Part shown: piece after piece, positions 36,030 to 49,689 of the stretch
Position numbering within the stretch: the first letter of the stretch is position 1
Layout: every line of letters begins with the position of its first letter
Assembly (NCBI RefSeq): GCF_004010195.1
Contig: NC_057715.1
Span: 114,078,257 to 114,142,256 of the forward strand
Reading direction: 5' to 3'
Source: Chiloscyllium plagiosum
Lineage: Eukaryota
DNA length: 64,000 nt
Made by a program: the position numbers and the translations under genes
Notes under the pieces: generated by a model
The model's input: only the letters and a program-made list of their open reading frames with translations
Databases searched by the model: none
What the model was told of the DNA's origin: nothing

Positions 36030-36507
36030 CCGAACACACGAGAGTAAAAGTAAGTCTCATGTAAAGGTTGACCCCCTAATTTTGGCCAAAGGTCTGGGAT
36101 CTTCCATACATTTCATGTAAAAGTTGACCCTAGTTCTTCATAAATTACAGACCAACATTTGAGTGTCAAGGTATTATCCTGTACATAAATGTTATGTTGA
36201 TGAAATGAATTTTTTTGTGCTGTTGTTTTGCTGTAGAATTCACACTAATTTGATGTGACAGCTTTAAGATGCGTCCAGTTAGAGTCAGGTGACAACTTCC
36301 CTTTGTGTGCAGCTCAGCTTACCATAATTTATTGTTTTTTTCTCTTTATTAGTTTAGAGATCAATTGGGCTTCTGCTAATGATATAGTATTTTGAACTAT
36401 AGCAGGAATTTCAGCCCCTCAAAAGTAGTATCCATATAATAGTTGACCCCATAAATTTAACCAGAAAAATAAGGTTAAAAAATCGGCTTCTACATGAGTA
36501 TACACAG
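36030..36507. mobile_element. Non-autonomous Tc1/mariner (Tc2/pogo-like) DNA transposon, decayed
   Basis: TA on both sides. Ends ccgaacacacgagagtaaaagt and tcggcttctacatgagtatacacag resemble the CCGTATATACTCGAGTATAAG-type TIR. Three subterminal gttgaccc repeats. Confidence 0.6.
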
Positions 36508-36509
36508 TA

Positions 36510-36850
36510 CATGTCCCCAAGCTGTATACAAATAATGTAACGTTTGAGATGGTCGCTTGTAATTTACAAAACACAGTAACCAATTTACACACAGTACCAT
36601 CTCACGATTGATCCAGCAAAACTAAATTATTTATTTGGGAGATGTCTGTTGAAAACATTAGCATCAACCAATACCCGAAGGAAATCTCCCCTTTGCTTCT
36701 TTGAAATAGAGTTTAGAGATCAGTTATGTTTTGTTTTACAACTCTTCCTAAAGATGGTACATCCAACTGTCTAACACTCCCTAAGTATTGCACTGGAGTG
36801 TCAGGCTACATTTTTGTGCTCAATTCTCTGGGGTGGGATTTCCTTTGAGC
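36510..36850 (-). mobile_element. Deu-domain SINE, old
   Basis: aaagatggtacatccaactgtctaacactccctaagtattgcactggagtgtcagg is the reverse-complement Deu-SINE body. Confidence 0.6.
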
Positions 36851-38364
36851 CATGGCTGACACGTACAATGCATTTTTTTTTGAAGTTTTGAATTTATAGC
36901 CTTTTTTTCTTTCAGAAGCAAGACCTGGTATTTCCATTAGTGCATATCTAGATTTATTATCAACATTTCCTTCTAAACCTCAATATGTACATCCATTTGA
37001 ATCCTAGTGAGTGGAATCCTAGCGAGTGGGCTTCCTGCATCTTTAATCTATTCTTGATATATACATATTTATTTCTGTAAAAACGGTCTTGTCTTGTATA
37101 GCTTAACTAGTAATTAGCATCTTGACAATGTAAAGACTGTCAACACTCAAAACAGTTTAAGCACAGGTTGAAAATGCAGTTCTTAGTAAATATTCAGTGG
37201 TCCTTGCTCCTGGCCATTCCCCTAAATGTACCTTTTCCCCATCAATCAAACCTGCCACAAATAGATGACCAGTTAACCCTGGCATTCTGGAGTTCCCTTC
37301 CTACACTCATTTTCCTCTTCTCATTTGTGACCCCCCTTACAGCCCTCCTCTTTGACCAAGCTTTTGGTCACCACCTAATGTTTCTTCCTGTAACCTTATT
37401 GATTTTTGGATCCATTTCTTTAATGAGTCTACCTATTATTAGACTTCCCAAGAGCCCAAGTATGGAATGTCAACTCAAACTCAAAGGCATCGTCAGTCAC
37501 CAACTGTAACTGCCATCATTATCCTATTCAAGTCATCCCAGGAACTCTGAGTAAACTTTCTCTAAAACCCTTCTATCATCATTTCCCCAGTTTTGCCTGT
37601 CCTTAGGAGAGCAAATCTGGATTGCAAATACAGTCTCACCAGTGCTGTATAAAATTGTAGCAAAGCTTCCTTATCATTTTATTTCATTCTCTTTCCTATC
37701 AATGAACAAAGTTCCAGAAATCAAATAAATGTTTGTCTGGAGCTTGTGCACAATTGGTTACTGAGCTTCCCTACATTACAATACTGGCTTCAATTCAAAA
37801 CAACTTTATTCAAGTTAGTGTTTTGGGATGTTTGTGAGGTGCTGTAGAAATGCAAATATTTCTCTCTCTTTTTGGGTTCAGATAAAAGCAATGCTCAAGG
37901 TTTGTGCCACATTGAATGTAAATAAGGAAAATGGTTTACAAGTAACATTAGATAAAACAGAAAGATACTTAAAAGCAACTTATTTTTGGATGAAATGGAT
38001 AGCACCATTTTCACGTGTATTTTTGACATTTAATTATAATTCTCAATGAAACAACACTTGGTTCATTTTGTTTTAATTTAACTTGGAGGGAGAAGGGAAG
38101 CAGGAGAGATACAGGTATGAACTGTGTAAATAATTGCTTGTGGTAGAAAGTTCTGTGTTTCTTTAAATTCTGTGACATTTAAAGAAAACCAAGATAAATA
38201 ACGGCAGACAGATCAACAATAAAATTAATAACACCTTTTTAATCAGGTCTAGACTGTGCCATTTGGGAAATTAATACCAAACTTGAAATGTATACAATAC
38301 TATCATATTAGATGCAACATTCAGGTGGGTGTTTTCAACTATAACAGCAATATGAAGTGCAGGC

Positions 38365-38570
38365 AAAAGTGAGGACTGCTGGAAATCGAAGTTTAGATTA
38401 GAGTGATGCTGGAAAAGCACAGCCAGTCAGGCAGCATCCGAGGAGCAGGAAAATCGACGTTTTGGGCAAAAGCCCTTCATCACGACCCACTCCTGATGAA
38501 GGGTTTTTGCCCGAAATGTCGATTTTCCTGCTCCTCGAATGCTGCCTGACTGGCTGTGCTTTTCCAGCAC
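38365..38570. mobile_element. Fold-back Penelope-type element, family A, with 15-bp TSD
   Basis: Arms 38406-38482 and 38494-38570 are reverse complements around an 11-nt loop. TSD caatatgaagtgcag at 38348-38362 and 38571-38585. Confidence 0.9.
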
Positions 38571-41549
38571 CAATATGAAGTGCAGCTTTATTTTAGAAAT
38601 AAATGATAATTGCCGTACATGAAGGTACTAGGTGCCTAAGGAGGTTTCATCAACATTAAATATATGTCAGTGAATGGAAATGGCCTACGTGGAGAACTTT
38701 ATTCCCATTTCTATCCATTTATGACTAAAAATGTAACAGTAGAACTGCTAGGCCAAAACAAACTTGCTCTTCAAGGGTGCCTGCATTTCTTCAGATGAAT
38801 ATCGGAATATAGTTGTGAAACAGGATGAATGTTTGAGTTGTTGCACTGGCATGTTTCACTTGGCCATAGGAGAAGGGACATTTACTGCTCTTCACAGGTG
38901 TTTATTTCAATCGATATTAAAACATATTGAAAAGAAAGAGAACAGAAAAAGCAACATGTCATTGCAGACCTTTCATCAATGCATTCTCCCATCTCATCCG
39001 TTTTGAGAGCTGTGTGGATTGTGGGTGTGAAGAGACGAGAAATAAAATATATTTTGAGATCATCAAAACTTCAATGTTGGAATCAGACACGTTGTGGAAA
39101 TATCTGGCAAACTCAACATAGTTAAATCATGATTTGGAGATTCGGTATTGGACTGGGGTGTACAAAGTTAAAAATCAACATCAGGAGCTACTTCAGTGTA
39201 ACATCCCACTACCTGCATTGTAAACGCAACCCATTGCAAATGAAAGTTTAAAAAATTCTCTGGTGCTCCTTCGCATTCGGAATCCAGGACATATGAAAGT
39301 AATATGCTACATTCTGCAACAGACAAAAATGAACAATGACATTTTACAAACATTTTTAAAGCAGCCATAGCTGAAGCAGAGAAATGTCAACATGGACTGA
39401 CACTGCTAGAAAGGGACAAGCTATCGTAATTTCTCTTACACTTCTGATCAAAGTTTTTTTAATTCCAAGTATGGCACTTGCAAGCACGAACAGTAGCAGA
39501 GACACACTTAAGGGGAAGCTAGATAAATACATAATGGAGAAAGGCACGGAAGGTTAAGCCAGTAGCATTAGACAAAAGAGGGCTGGAGAAGGTTCAAGTG
39601 TAGAATAAACACCATCACAAAACAAGTGAGCCAAAAGACCTGTTTCAGTATCGTAAATTCTATGTAAAAGGTATAGGGACAATGCATTGTGTCACACAAA
39701 TTCTCAGATTGATTATAATGCACCAAATGTGCACAATAATCTTTCACAAAGCTACATCTCTCATCCCTCCTGCAGTTAATAATATAGCAGTCTCCCAATG
39801 CTAAACAAAAACAAAGTATTCATTTTCATAACTAACACTAGGATGAAAGCAATATTCAAATATTTTGGAACCACTTAAAAGATGACTGCTCCACTGCGTT
39901 ATGGGATAAGAATTCCATTATTGACCAGAGAGATTATGGTGGAATGTCGCCACATGTGAACTTGGTCTAATTAGTCATCAGATTTCCTTCCAGGCCAGAA
40001 AATAACTCGTACCTCACTCGTGCAAAATGCACAGGAAATCTCCTGTTTGAGTCATGTATGGGGTGCTAAATGGCCTCACAGCTGCACCTCACTGCAATAT
40101 ATTGCTTACTTTAAATTAACGCTTTTTTCCAGTGATCAGAAAACTTGAACACAGGAGTAGGTGTAAATCCAAAGGTCCAACAATTCCCTTCTGTTCATAC
40201 GTACTAAATTTGTTTTCAGTGCTTCACATTCTTTGTGCTTCTGTAACTGTTTCACAGGACAGAGATTAAAAAAAATCCCAAGTAAAAGAGGTGAAATATG
40301 AAGGAAAAATACTATGCAACAAGAGCTCCTGTAGTGAAAGGAATAGATAAGCAAACTATTACTTCAATGGCTAGTTGGGAAAGAAAGGAAGCAGTGAAAG
40401 TTTGAAATAATACGACAGGTTGATAATAGAGTAAAACAGTTTGCAACTATCCTGATGCTAATACATAATCAATGTTGAAGCCTGATGATATTTTATATGA
40501 TTTTTTAAAAATGCACAATTTTAATACTCCAAAATCTTTTCAGAAAATGGAAATTGCTAAGTCTTTATGTAACAGGTGAACTTTTAAATTACAATTTGCT
40601 CTGTAGACAATGTTCCTGGGAGTATAACAGTGGATTGGCAAGGGGGAAAATACATCTGTATTTATAGCACGTCGAGATTTTATTGTCAGTCATACACACA
40701 AACAGATGCTTATGTTGGTTGCAATGTGCAGAAGCGTGATTGATGTATAATCACTCTCAGGCAAGCATGAGCAATTCATCAACAAATTGATATACTCAAC
40801 AAATATTTGCCAGCATATATTCAGCTGTGCATATTCATCTCTCAAAATAATCCCAAGAGGATACAGAGGATCACTTTTATCTATCAAAGTGGTGAAATCT
40901 TTCACATAATGTAATTAAACATTAATTTTATTTAATTTCTACAAGAAAATCAAGATCCATAATGACTGCTGCGATATACAATGTCACCTGGTGCAGTTCT
41001 CAGCATAAAAGGTTTAGAAAGTGCCAGATTCAATCCTCACTCTATGCAGAATTTTCTGATGGGCATTAAGTCAGCCTTTCTGGGGAAAGCTTTTGAAGTT
41101 CCTCATGAAGGTACAGAGAGGACGCGAGAAACAATCTTTGGTGTTGTTGAGGATTTTAAGACTTGGGGAGAGTTCAAACTCAAATTGGAGGTTTGCGATA
41201 GTTAGGAAACCTTTCTAACTCTATTTTGTGTGCAGAAGTCTGGAAGTCTCTTCATGCAACCATGTGAATTATGAACAAGTGTAGGTCCTCGGCACTTACT
41301 CCACAATTCAGTAAGAATACGGCTGATCGGATTACTCCACATTCTCACCTACCCAATGCTAACCTCTTGCCCCTGTGCTCATCAAGAATCCATCAACCTC
41401 TGCCTCAAAAAACAGAAGGACTCTGCTTTCACACCTTTTGAGGAAGTGTGTTCTAAAGGCACTCTGCCTCAAAAGAAACCACTCCTACCCCCTTATTTTC
41501 AAAACAGTTACTCCTGAATTCTAAATTATCCCACCAGAGGATATATACT

Positions 41550-42841
41550 GCAAGGCTTGTAGCTCAGGTTGAGGTTTAGGGTGTAGGTTTGCTCGCTGAG
41601 CTGTAGCTTTGATATCCAGACGTTTCATTACCTGGCTAGGTATCATCAGTGGCAACCTCCAAGTGAAGCAAAGCTGTTGTCTCCTGCTTTCTATTTAAAT
41701 GTTTGTCCTGGATGGGGCTCCTGGGGTTGGTAGTTATGTAATTTCCTGTTCGTTTTCTGAGGGGTTGATAGATGGTATCTAGATCGGTTTGTTTATGGCG
41801 TAGTGGTTGGAGTGCCAGGCCTCTAGGAATTCTCTGGCATGTCTTTGCTTAGCCTGTCCTAGGACAGATGTGTTGTCCTAGTCGAAATGGCAGTTTTTTC
41901 CTCCGTGTATAGGGCTACGAGGGAGAGAGGGTCGTGTCTTTTTGTGGCTAGCTGGTGTTCATGTATCCTGGTGGCTAACTTTCTTCCTGTTTGTCCTCCG
42001 TAGTGTTTGTGGCAGTCCTTGCATGGAATTTTGTAGACGACGTTGGTGTTGTCCATGGGTTGTACTGGGTCTTTTAAGTTTGTTAGTTTTTGTTTGAGAG
42101 TGTTGGTGGGTTTGTGTGCTACTAGGATTCTGAGGGGTCTTAGTAGTCTGGCTGTCATTTCTGAAGCTTCTTTGATGTATGGTAAGGTGGTTAGGGTTTC
42201 TGGCTGTGTTTGGTCTGCTTATCGTGGTTTGTTCTTGAGGAATCTGCGGACTGTATTTTTTGAGTATCCGTTCTTCTTGAATACATTGTATAGGTGGTTC
42301 TCCTCTGTTTTCCGAAACAAAAACTAACAAACTTAAAAGACCCAGTACAACCCATGGATAAAACCAATGTCGTCTACAAAATTCCACGCAAGGACTGCCA
42401 CAAACACTACGTAGGACAAACCGGAAGAAAGTTAGCCACCAGGATACGCGAACACCAGCTAGCCACAAAAAGACACCACCCTCTTCTCCCTCGTAGCCCT
42501 ACACACGGAGGCAAAAAAACCACCATTTCGACTGGGACAACACATTTATCCTGGGACAGGCTAAGCAAATACATGCCAGAGAATTCCTAGAGGCCTGGCA
42601 CTCTAACCACAATGCCATAAACAAACACATAGATCTAGATGCCATCTATCAACTCCTCAGAAAATGAACAGGAAATGACATCACCACAAACCCCAGGAAC
42701 CCCATCCAGGACAAACATATAAATAGAAAGCAGGAGACAACAGCTTCGCTTAACTAGGAGGTGGCCACTGATGATGTTTGAGCCAGGCAATGAAACGTCT
42801 GGATATCAAACCTACAGCTCAGCGAGCAAACCTACACCCTA
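41550..42841. mobile_element. Penelope-like retroelement (GIY-YIG endonuclease 3' part) as an inverted repeat, 12-bp TSD
   Basis: Both arms encode NVVYKIP(C/R)KDCHKHY(V/G)GQTGRKLATRI.EH (Penelope/Poseidon GIY-YIG). Arms at about 41575-42095 (minus) and 42315-42842 (plus). TSD aggatatatact at 41538-41549 and 42842-42853. Confidence 0.93.
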
Positions 42842-43639
42842 AGGATATATACTTTTGCAAACACCCTATCAAGACCCTCAAGATCTTACGTGCTTCAACC
42901 AATTGTGGTTTTACTTTTCTAAATTTCAAGGTATATAAAGTCTACTGTACCCTGTCTCTTCTCGCAAGGAACACCCCCCACCCCCATCATTCCACACAGT
43001 CTCTTTGCTAGATCTTTGCCCACTAGTTTAACTTATCTATACTCCCTTGTAGTCTCCATTGCCTCTTCACAGTTACTTTCACAACTTTGTGTTATGAACA
43101 AATTTAGCAACGATACCTTTACTTCCTACACCCAAATAGTTTATATAAATTGTATAAAGTTGAGGAGACAGCACAGGTCCTTGTGGCACATCCCTCTTAA
43201 CATCTTGCCAAACAGAAAATTATACTGCCAATAATCTTCGCTAACATAGTTAGGATATGGTAGCACATCAGTGAGGTTATATAGCTAATTGCCTCAAACC
43301 CTGGGCTACTGAATCAGAAAGGAGTGCTCAAATAACACTAAATCAAATAAATCAATAACAGCAACTGGGTGATTTAAATTTAATTAAATATAGAAGAAAT
43401 TCAAAAGCTAGTATTAATAGTGGTGGGAATAAAACAACTGGTTCAATAATGTCCGATAGAAAATTAAACTCTTTGGTGCTTACACAGGACTTCAAACTCT
43501 CAGCAATCTCCATGACTCAGTCACCCACTGAAATGGCCAACCAAGTTACTCAGTTATATCATACGCCATATGACAGACTGCAACACTCAATAGCAATCAG
43601 CAATAAATAGAGCAAAGAGAGTGGATAGCTGAGTAAACT

Positions 43640-44220
43640 GAAGTATCACAGAACCCGGAGTAGACCTTTCAGCCCTTTGATCCTGCTGCACAAGTCATTA
43701 AGACCATGAATGATCAGGTTATCTTCTCAGCTGCCCTTTCCTGTCTGCACTCTATAATCCTCGACTCTCTTGTCTATCAAAAATCTAAGTTGGCCCATTT
43801 AAAGATTAAAACTTCACTGCTTTCTGTGGAAACAAATAACCCACAGAGGAAATGAAACCTCATTTCTTAAAAGGGAAACCTCTTAATCTTAAGATATGCT
43901 CCTTAATGTTAACTTACCCAAAAAGCAGCAAACTCTTGGCCCACCCTATCCACCTTTCTCACTATTCTAAACTCTAATGAGTAAAATCCCAAACTAATAG
44001 TTCAACTTTCATAACATAAACTCTTTTCCCAGGAATAAATCGAATGAATCTTCTCTGAACTGCTTCTACAACTTTTATTAAAAACAACAAATTGCACAAA
44101 GATTTCAGATGTGTTCTCACCAACATCTTGTGACATTGCAGGAAGTTTCTCTACTGTTATATTCCATTCTCCTTGCAATGAAAGGTAACATGCCATTTGC
44201 TTCGCTTCTTGTGTCCTCAT
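43640..44220 (-). mobile_element. CR1 3' fragment, old
   Basis: ggagtagacctttcagccctttgatcctgc tail and a decayed ORF2 C-terminus. Confidence 0.65.
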
Positions 44221-45794
44221 AATACTTATATTCAAAGACTGTGCTGAACAATTTTGTTAATTTCATATTGAACTTTGGTGCTTAAACTACACTAAAGTTT
44301 TAAACCTAGAATGTGAGTTTGTAAGTATTTCCTCAAAGTTGTGGATGAGTAGAGCCCACAGCATGAGATCTTAAAAGTTTAATCTTAAAACGAGAGCTAG
44401 GACATTCAGGGGTGATGCCAGGAAGCACTCTTTCACAAGAGGATGTAAGGAATCAAGAACATTCTTCCCCAAAAAGCTATCAAGGCTCCGGATCAACTGA
44501 AGATGCTAAAGCAGAGGGTGAGAGTTTTACGAGTGAAGGTGCACAATTGGTTTTAAGATGGAGATAAATCATTACAGATTGGTCTATGCTTTTCTTACAA
44601 TTCGATTCCATTAAAGTGGCTTGCTTCAGCTTAAATAACTGCTTAGCTTAACATATCAAGACATTTTTCACTTTAATATTGAGTATGCATTGCACGCATA
44701 TTTGATTAAAAAATGTTAACCAAAACCAGCAACAATATATGGTAATTAACAAATGACTTCAGATCAAAAGGCATTGACAGAAACACATCAACAAATGCAA
44801 CATGCAGATCTCACGTGTTGATTTTGATACATTGATTTTAGGCCCAATTGGATTTAATAAATCTTGCAGATGGTGTACTGCCTTTAGATTTGAAATTACC
44901 AACACACTGTCCCATATGCTGTCCTTTAGCAGGCCAAGGTCGCAGCAAAATCTCTTACTGCTGCTTTTACTTTCAAGTACATATGGAATGGGATTAGGGA
45001 GAAATTAAAATCTGACAAACCACGAGACAGACACCAAGTCAAAGTTTAGGAAGTTAAGAAGCATGACCACAAATAGTCAGAGTTCCTTGAGCTTTAAGGG
45101 CTGTTCCTCAGAGGAGGGGTCGAGCATCCTGCTCCAACTCCGAATACCACCAAAACTCCATATCTCATTTGCATCCTTAATTCGAAAACTTTGGGATCAA
45201 CTCATTTGGATCCACTTAAGTCCGTTCAGGCCCTTGGCTAATAAACTTCGTTTAACCCAAATAGACCTTAAAGCACAGCGCCAAATGGATCTGTAGACAT
45301 GCTGAGTTTGACACTTAGGGGGAAAAAAAATTACTCTTCAGTCCATTCAGACTAAGCAAAGTTTTTTTTTTAATCTAAAGAGCCAAATAGAAGACATTTC
45401 AGTTTTAGGTCTTTTCTGCTTTTGAGCATATGTTTAACAGGCACTCAATCTACATTCTGTTACATGCAATCTAAGAAGTCACAATTGGCCAAATAACCAG
45501 CCCTTTTGCAGCAGCGTCATTGATGAAAATTAGCTTTCCCGAGATGAAGAAAATCAGAAAAAAAATTAAATTTCTCTATGTATGTACAATGCGCGCAACA
45601 ATACAGAGACATATATGAAATAAATCTTCAGATGGGGTAACAGAGTCAAACATTCAAACAATTTGATACTTAGGTGAAATGATTGTGAGGGTGCAGCACT
45701 GGTAAGCAAGATGGAGGATTTTGGTGTTAGAACGAGCACAGCAGTTAGATTGACATTCAAATATATTTATCTTCTGATCAGGGTCAACTCAAGT

Positions 45795-46130
45795 GGGCAG
45801 GACGGAGGATCAATGGTTAGCACTGATGCCTCTCACCCTCAAAGACCCGGGTTCAATTCCAGCCCTGGCTGAGTGCCTGGATGGAGTTTGCACATTTGCC
45901 TCATGTCTTTGTGGTTTTCCTCCAGGTGCTGTGACTTGCTTTCATGATACAAAAATTAGGTGGATTGGCCATGCTAAAGTTGTCTATAGTATTCAGGGAT
46001 TTGTATGCTAGGTGGATTAGTTCTGATAAATGTGGGGTTATGGGGATACAGTATGGCTCTGGGTTGGATGCTCTTCGGAGCATCAGTACAGACACAATGG
46101 GCTGAATGGCCTCCTTCTGCACTGTATGAG
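45795..46130 (+). mobile_element. HE1-type V-SINE, older subfamily
   Basis: tRNA-like head (tggttagcactg, gggttcaattcc), V-domain and CR1-like tail. Confidence 0.85.
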
Positions 46131-46284
46131 TTCAGATTCTAAGTAAGCAGCCAATTCTAAACATGATCAGAGTCATTTAAGGAAACAGCAATCACTTGTG
46201 TAGGATGTGCTTCAAGTCCACCCTTAGAACAGGCCGGGGCTATTTTTAAAGGGAGGTTCACCATCTCTCTAGGAGTCAATTTGT

Positions 46285-46601
46285 GGGCAGCATGGTCGCA
46301 AGTTGGTTAGCACTGCTGCCTCACAGCACCAGAGACCCTGGTTCAATTCCCGCCTCAGGCGACTATGTGGAGTTTGCACATTCTCCCAGTGTCTGCGTGG
46401 GTTTCCTCCGGGTGCTCCGGTTTCCTCCCCAAAATCCAAAAACGTGCAGGTTAGATGAATTGGCCTGGCTAAATTGCCCGTAGTGTTAGGTGTAGGGGTA
46501 AATGTAGGGGAATGGGTCTAGGTGGGTTGCACTTTGGAGGGTCAGCGTGGACTTGTTGGGCCGAAGGGCCTGTTTCCACACTAAGTAATCTAATCTAATC
46601 T
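46285..46601 (+). mobile_element. HE1-type V-SINE, inserted at the head of another SINE
   Basis: Highly similar to 9749-10066, with an (aatct)n tail and tcaatt repeated on both sides. Confidence 0.92.
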
Positions 46602-46800
46602 CAATTAGCTCAGTTTGCTCGGTAGCTGGTTTGCGATGCACAGTGATGTCAACAGTGTGGGTTCAACTCTGACACCATGAAGGATTCCCCTTCTCAACCC
46701 TTCCCCTCATTGAGGGATAGTAATGCTCAGGTTAAACTACACCAGTTGCCTCTCTTGAAGGGAGTGGCGTTACAATCAGTAGGACATCAATGACTTGACC
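46602..46800 (+). mobile_element. tRNA-derived SINE (same family as 8825-9022)
   Basis: ttagctcagtttgctcggtagctggtttgcgatgca...gtgggttcaactc...ctcaggttaaactacaccag. Confidence 0.65.
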
Positions 46801-47413
46801 TCTCTGAACTGCCCAATCAACTTATGGAAGAACCAAGTTTTAACCGTTTGAAAGCGAAGGAACATGGTCAAATGCTGGTGGTTCCGAACTTGCCAGCTAC
46901 CAAATAGCAAACATTATCTCACTGTAAGAGACTGAAAATTGGATACATGGCATCATTTTGTTACAAAGGCACAAACTCCACATATGTTTATTTATGTCAC
47001 AACACTGCAAATCAAATTTTAAGTGAGGGCATAAACCATTTGATGCAAAAGAAAGGACAGAAGTGGGTCAAAATGGCAACAGGAAACAAAAGGATCATGA
47101 CTGCCATTAGTATATTCCTGCCAAGGCATTAAAACTGTAAGCTAATACAGCTTGAATAAACAGTAAAGCATCCAAGCCTACATCAAATAATCGATAGGCG
47201 TAAAGTAACTAAGCGATTAAGTTGCTGTCTGCGCCTGAGTGGAGGTGTAAAGTATAACATCAAGGAACAACATAAGTATGTGACGGACTTTCAGATATTA
47301 AATACTGTTTTGTTCTACTATGCAATCTGAAGATGGAAGAAAAGATAGATTTCACAACTCCCACAAATCCCAAGGTTCAATTTATATCTGCCACCCCACC
47401 AACAGTCACCTAC

Positions 47414-47492
47414 CTGTGCAATGTTTTTGTTCAGTAAATAAACTCCATATTCAAACTGAAACCTTTCTCCTCCTCTTGGATACAGAGGGAAC
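47414..47492 (-). CDS. UVRAG: UVRAG internal coding exon (79 nt)
   Basis: Acceptor tgtgtttgtgttcacag|, donor CAG|gtaggt. Translates (G)[26 protein letters not shown], ends phase 0 and joins LRYQHG of the next exon as in human UVRAG ([26 protein letters not shown]). Confidence 0.97.
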
Positions 47493-47849
47493 CTGTGAAC
47501 ACAAACACAGGAGAACCTAGTTAATAAAGCTATCTGGGGGAACAAGGACTACAAATTATAGGTGTACATTGCATTTGGTTTTATCTTTCTGTATCAGTGA
47601 CACAAGTTATAATTCAGCTTTGCACATAAGATTATCCTGAATTCTTGCATCACATCAAATGAGACACAAATATTAATGCACTAAATGCAGCAAAGGTATT
47701 GGCACCTAACAATACCCTGGCTCTTACACTATAGCTCCAGACTAGGTATGTTGAGCCAAACTGTTCTAGTACAGCTACAACTTTGGTATGCATCAGTCAT
47801 TGCAGAAAATTGCCAAGGGCATGTTCTGTTACTAAAAGCAAGACAAATT

Positions 47850-48770
47850 CAGTGTGGCCATTTGCTGTCCCATCACACTAGTCAACCTTCAACAAAACAA
47901 TAAAGTGGTATTGGGAACTGGTGTCGAGAACTTACGAATAATAAGGTCACGGATGGTGCAGTTTGGGTTCCAACAAGTCATTTGACTCCAGACTTCAATG
48001 CAGTCTTGGTCCAGACATGAAAAGAAACATTGATGTTTGGATGCGATGCCAAGACAGCTGCCTTTGACACTGAGACAGTATCGGAGTATGGCATCAAGGA
48101 ATCGGGGCAAAATTTAAGGTGAGAAAACGCTCCACTGCTGAGTATAATACCTGGCTTAAAAGTAAGATAGCTATTGTTGTTAGCAGTCAGTCATCTCAGT
48201 TTGTGGACATCTCTGCAGGTACTCCTCCAAGTAACTGACCTTGGGCCAACGACGTTCAGCTGCTTCATCATTGGCCTCCCTCCATCAAAATCAGACACAG
48301 ATATTCATCAAGGATCAGCTCAGGTGCAGACAGCAATTTAAATCACTGAGCTGCTTTATACATGTTCTATGTTCAGTATCGTTCGCAATTTTTCTGATAC
48401 AGAAGCAATCCACTCCCAGAAGTCCTGGATAATATTCAGTCATCATTCAGCACTCTATGATGTACGGGCCACACAACTGCCAATGACCATCTTCAATAAG
48501 ACAGAATCTAAATCAGCCACTCAGGACTTTCAATGACTTCACCATCCTCACTTTCAACATCCTGGTGTCACCACTGACTAGAAAATTAAGCCAACATCAA
48601 TGCTATTGTCACAGGAGCAGGGAATCCTAATCAGCGAGCTCCCCAAAAATCAGTATAATATTCAAATATAGTTCAAAGTGTGTGATAGAGCTGCACTCAT
48701 CTAGTTAAGGGGAGAACACCAAGTTAAAGACCACCCAGTACAAAGTAGGCCACTTGATCAATATCCCATG
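47850..48770 (+). mobile_element. Second LINE family RT fragment, decayed
   Basis: gacagctgcctttgacactgagacagtatcggagtatggcatcaagg (degenerate DI..AFD.VWH.G) and following RT-like blocks. Confidence 0.6.
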
Positions 48771-49689
48771 TTTTTATAGCACCTTTAATGTGATCCAAGG
48801 CTCTTGGCAGGTGTATTACAACATAAAACATGATACTAATCCACATGGGGAGCAATTTGTGCACATGACTAAAACCTTGATCATAAAAGCAGATGTTAAA
48901 AAAAGGTGTCTTAAATGAGCTAAGTGAGGAAATTCATGGAGAGGCAATTCATGGAGAGACATAGGGAGGAAATTCTGGAACTATATCAGAGTAAATCAAA
49001 TTGGGGAATGCAAAGGTGGCCAGAGTTTGAGGCGCACACATGCTGCAAAGAACTGTGGGTGGCGGGAAGCATTGGAAAGTAAAATTGATGTAGAATATCA
49101 GTCATACTCTGTTTAAACGGTTGATCTTCAGGCCGAATGGCCAAATCCTGCTTCTAATTTCTATGTTTCAATATTCTGAGGAAATTATAGGGAGGGGAAG
49201 AACTGAAAACATGGGCAGAAGTTTTAAAATCAATATTAATTGACTAGGAACCAATGAGGGCAAGCAAGCACAGGGATCATAAAGTAACAGAATATGCCAT
49301 AAATTGGGATACAGGCAGTTTTAAATGACCTGAATTTTATGGAGGGTCAACACTGATCAAACCAACCAGGGGTTCATTGAAATAGTCATATCCAAAGACA
49401 AAGTCTTGGTTGAGGGTTTCAGCAGCAGATGAGCTGAGAGAGCAGCAAAACTAAACCACGGTACAATTACAACATTTAAAAGACATCTGGATGAGTATAT
49501 GAATAGGAAGAGTTGAGGGATTTTAGCCAAATGCTGGCAAATGGGAGTAGATTAATTTAGGATACCTGGTCTGCATAGTCAAGTTGAATTGAAGGGTCTG
49601 TTTCATGCTGTACATCTCTCTGACAAAACAGCAGCTTTATTGGTCAAATACAAGCACAGTATAACTCAGCAGGGAAAAAAGTTGAAACA

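Noticed and set aside
41859-42590. Functional host GIY-YIG nuclease gene
   Set aside because: Both copies are frameshifted, lack the RT domain and sit within a TSD-bounded Penelope insertion.
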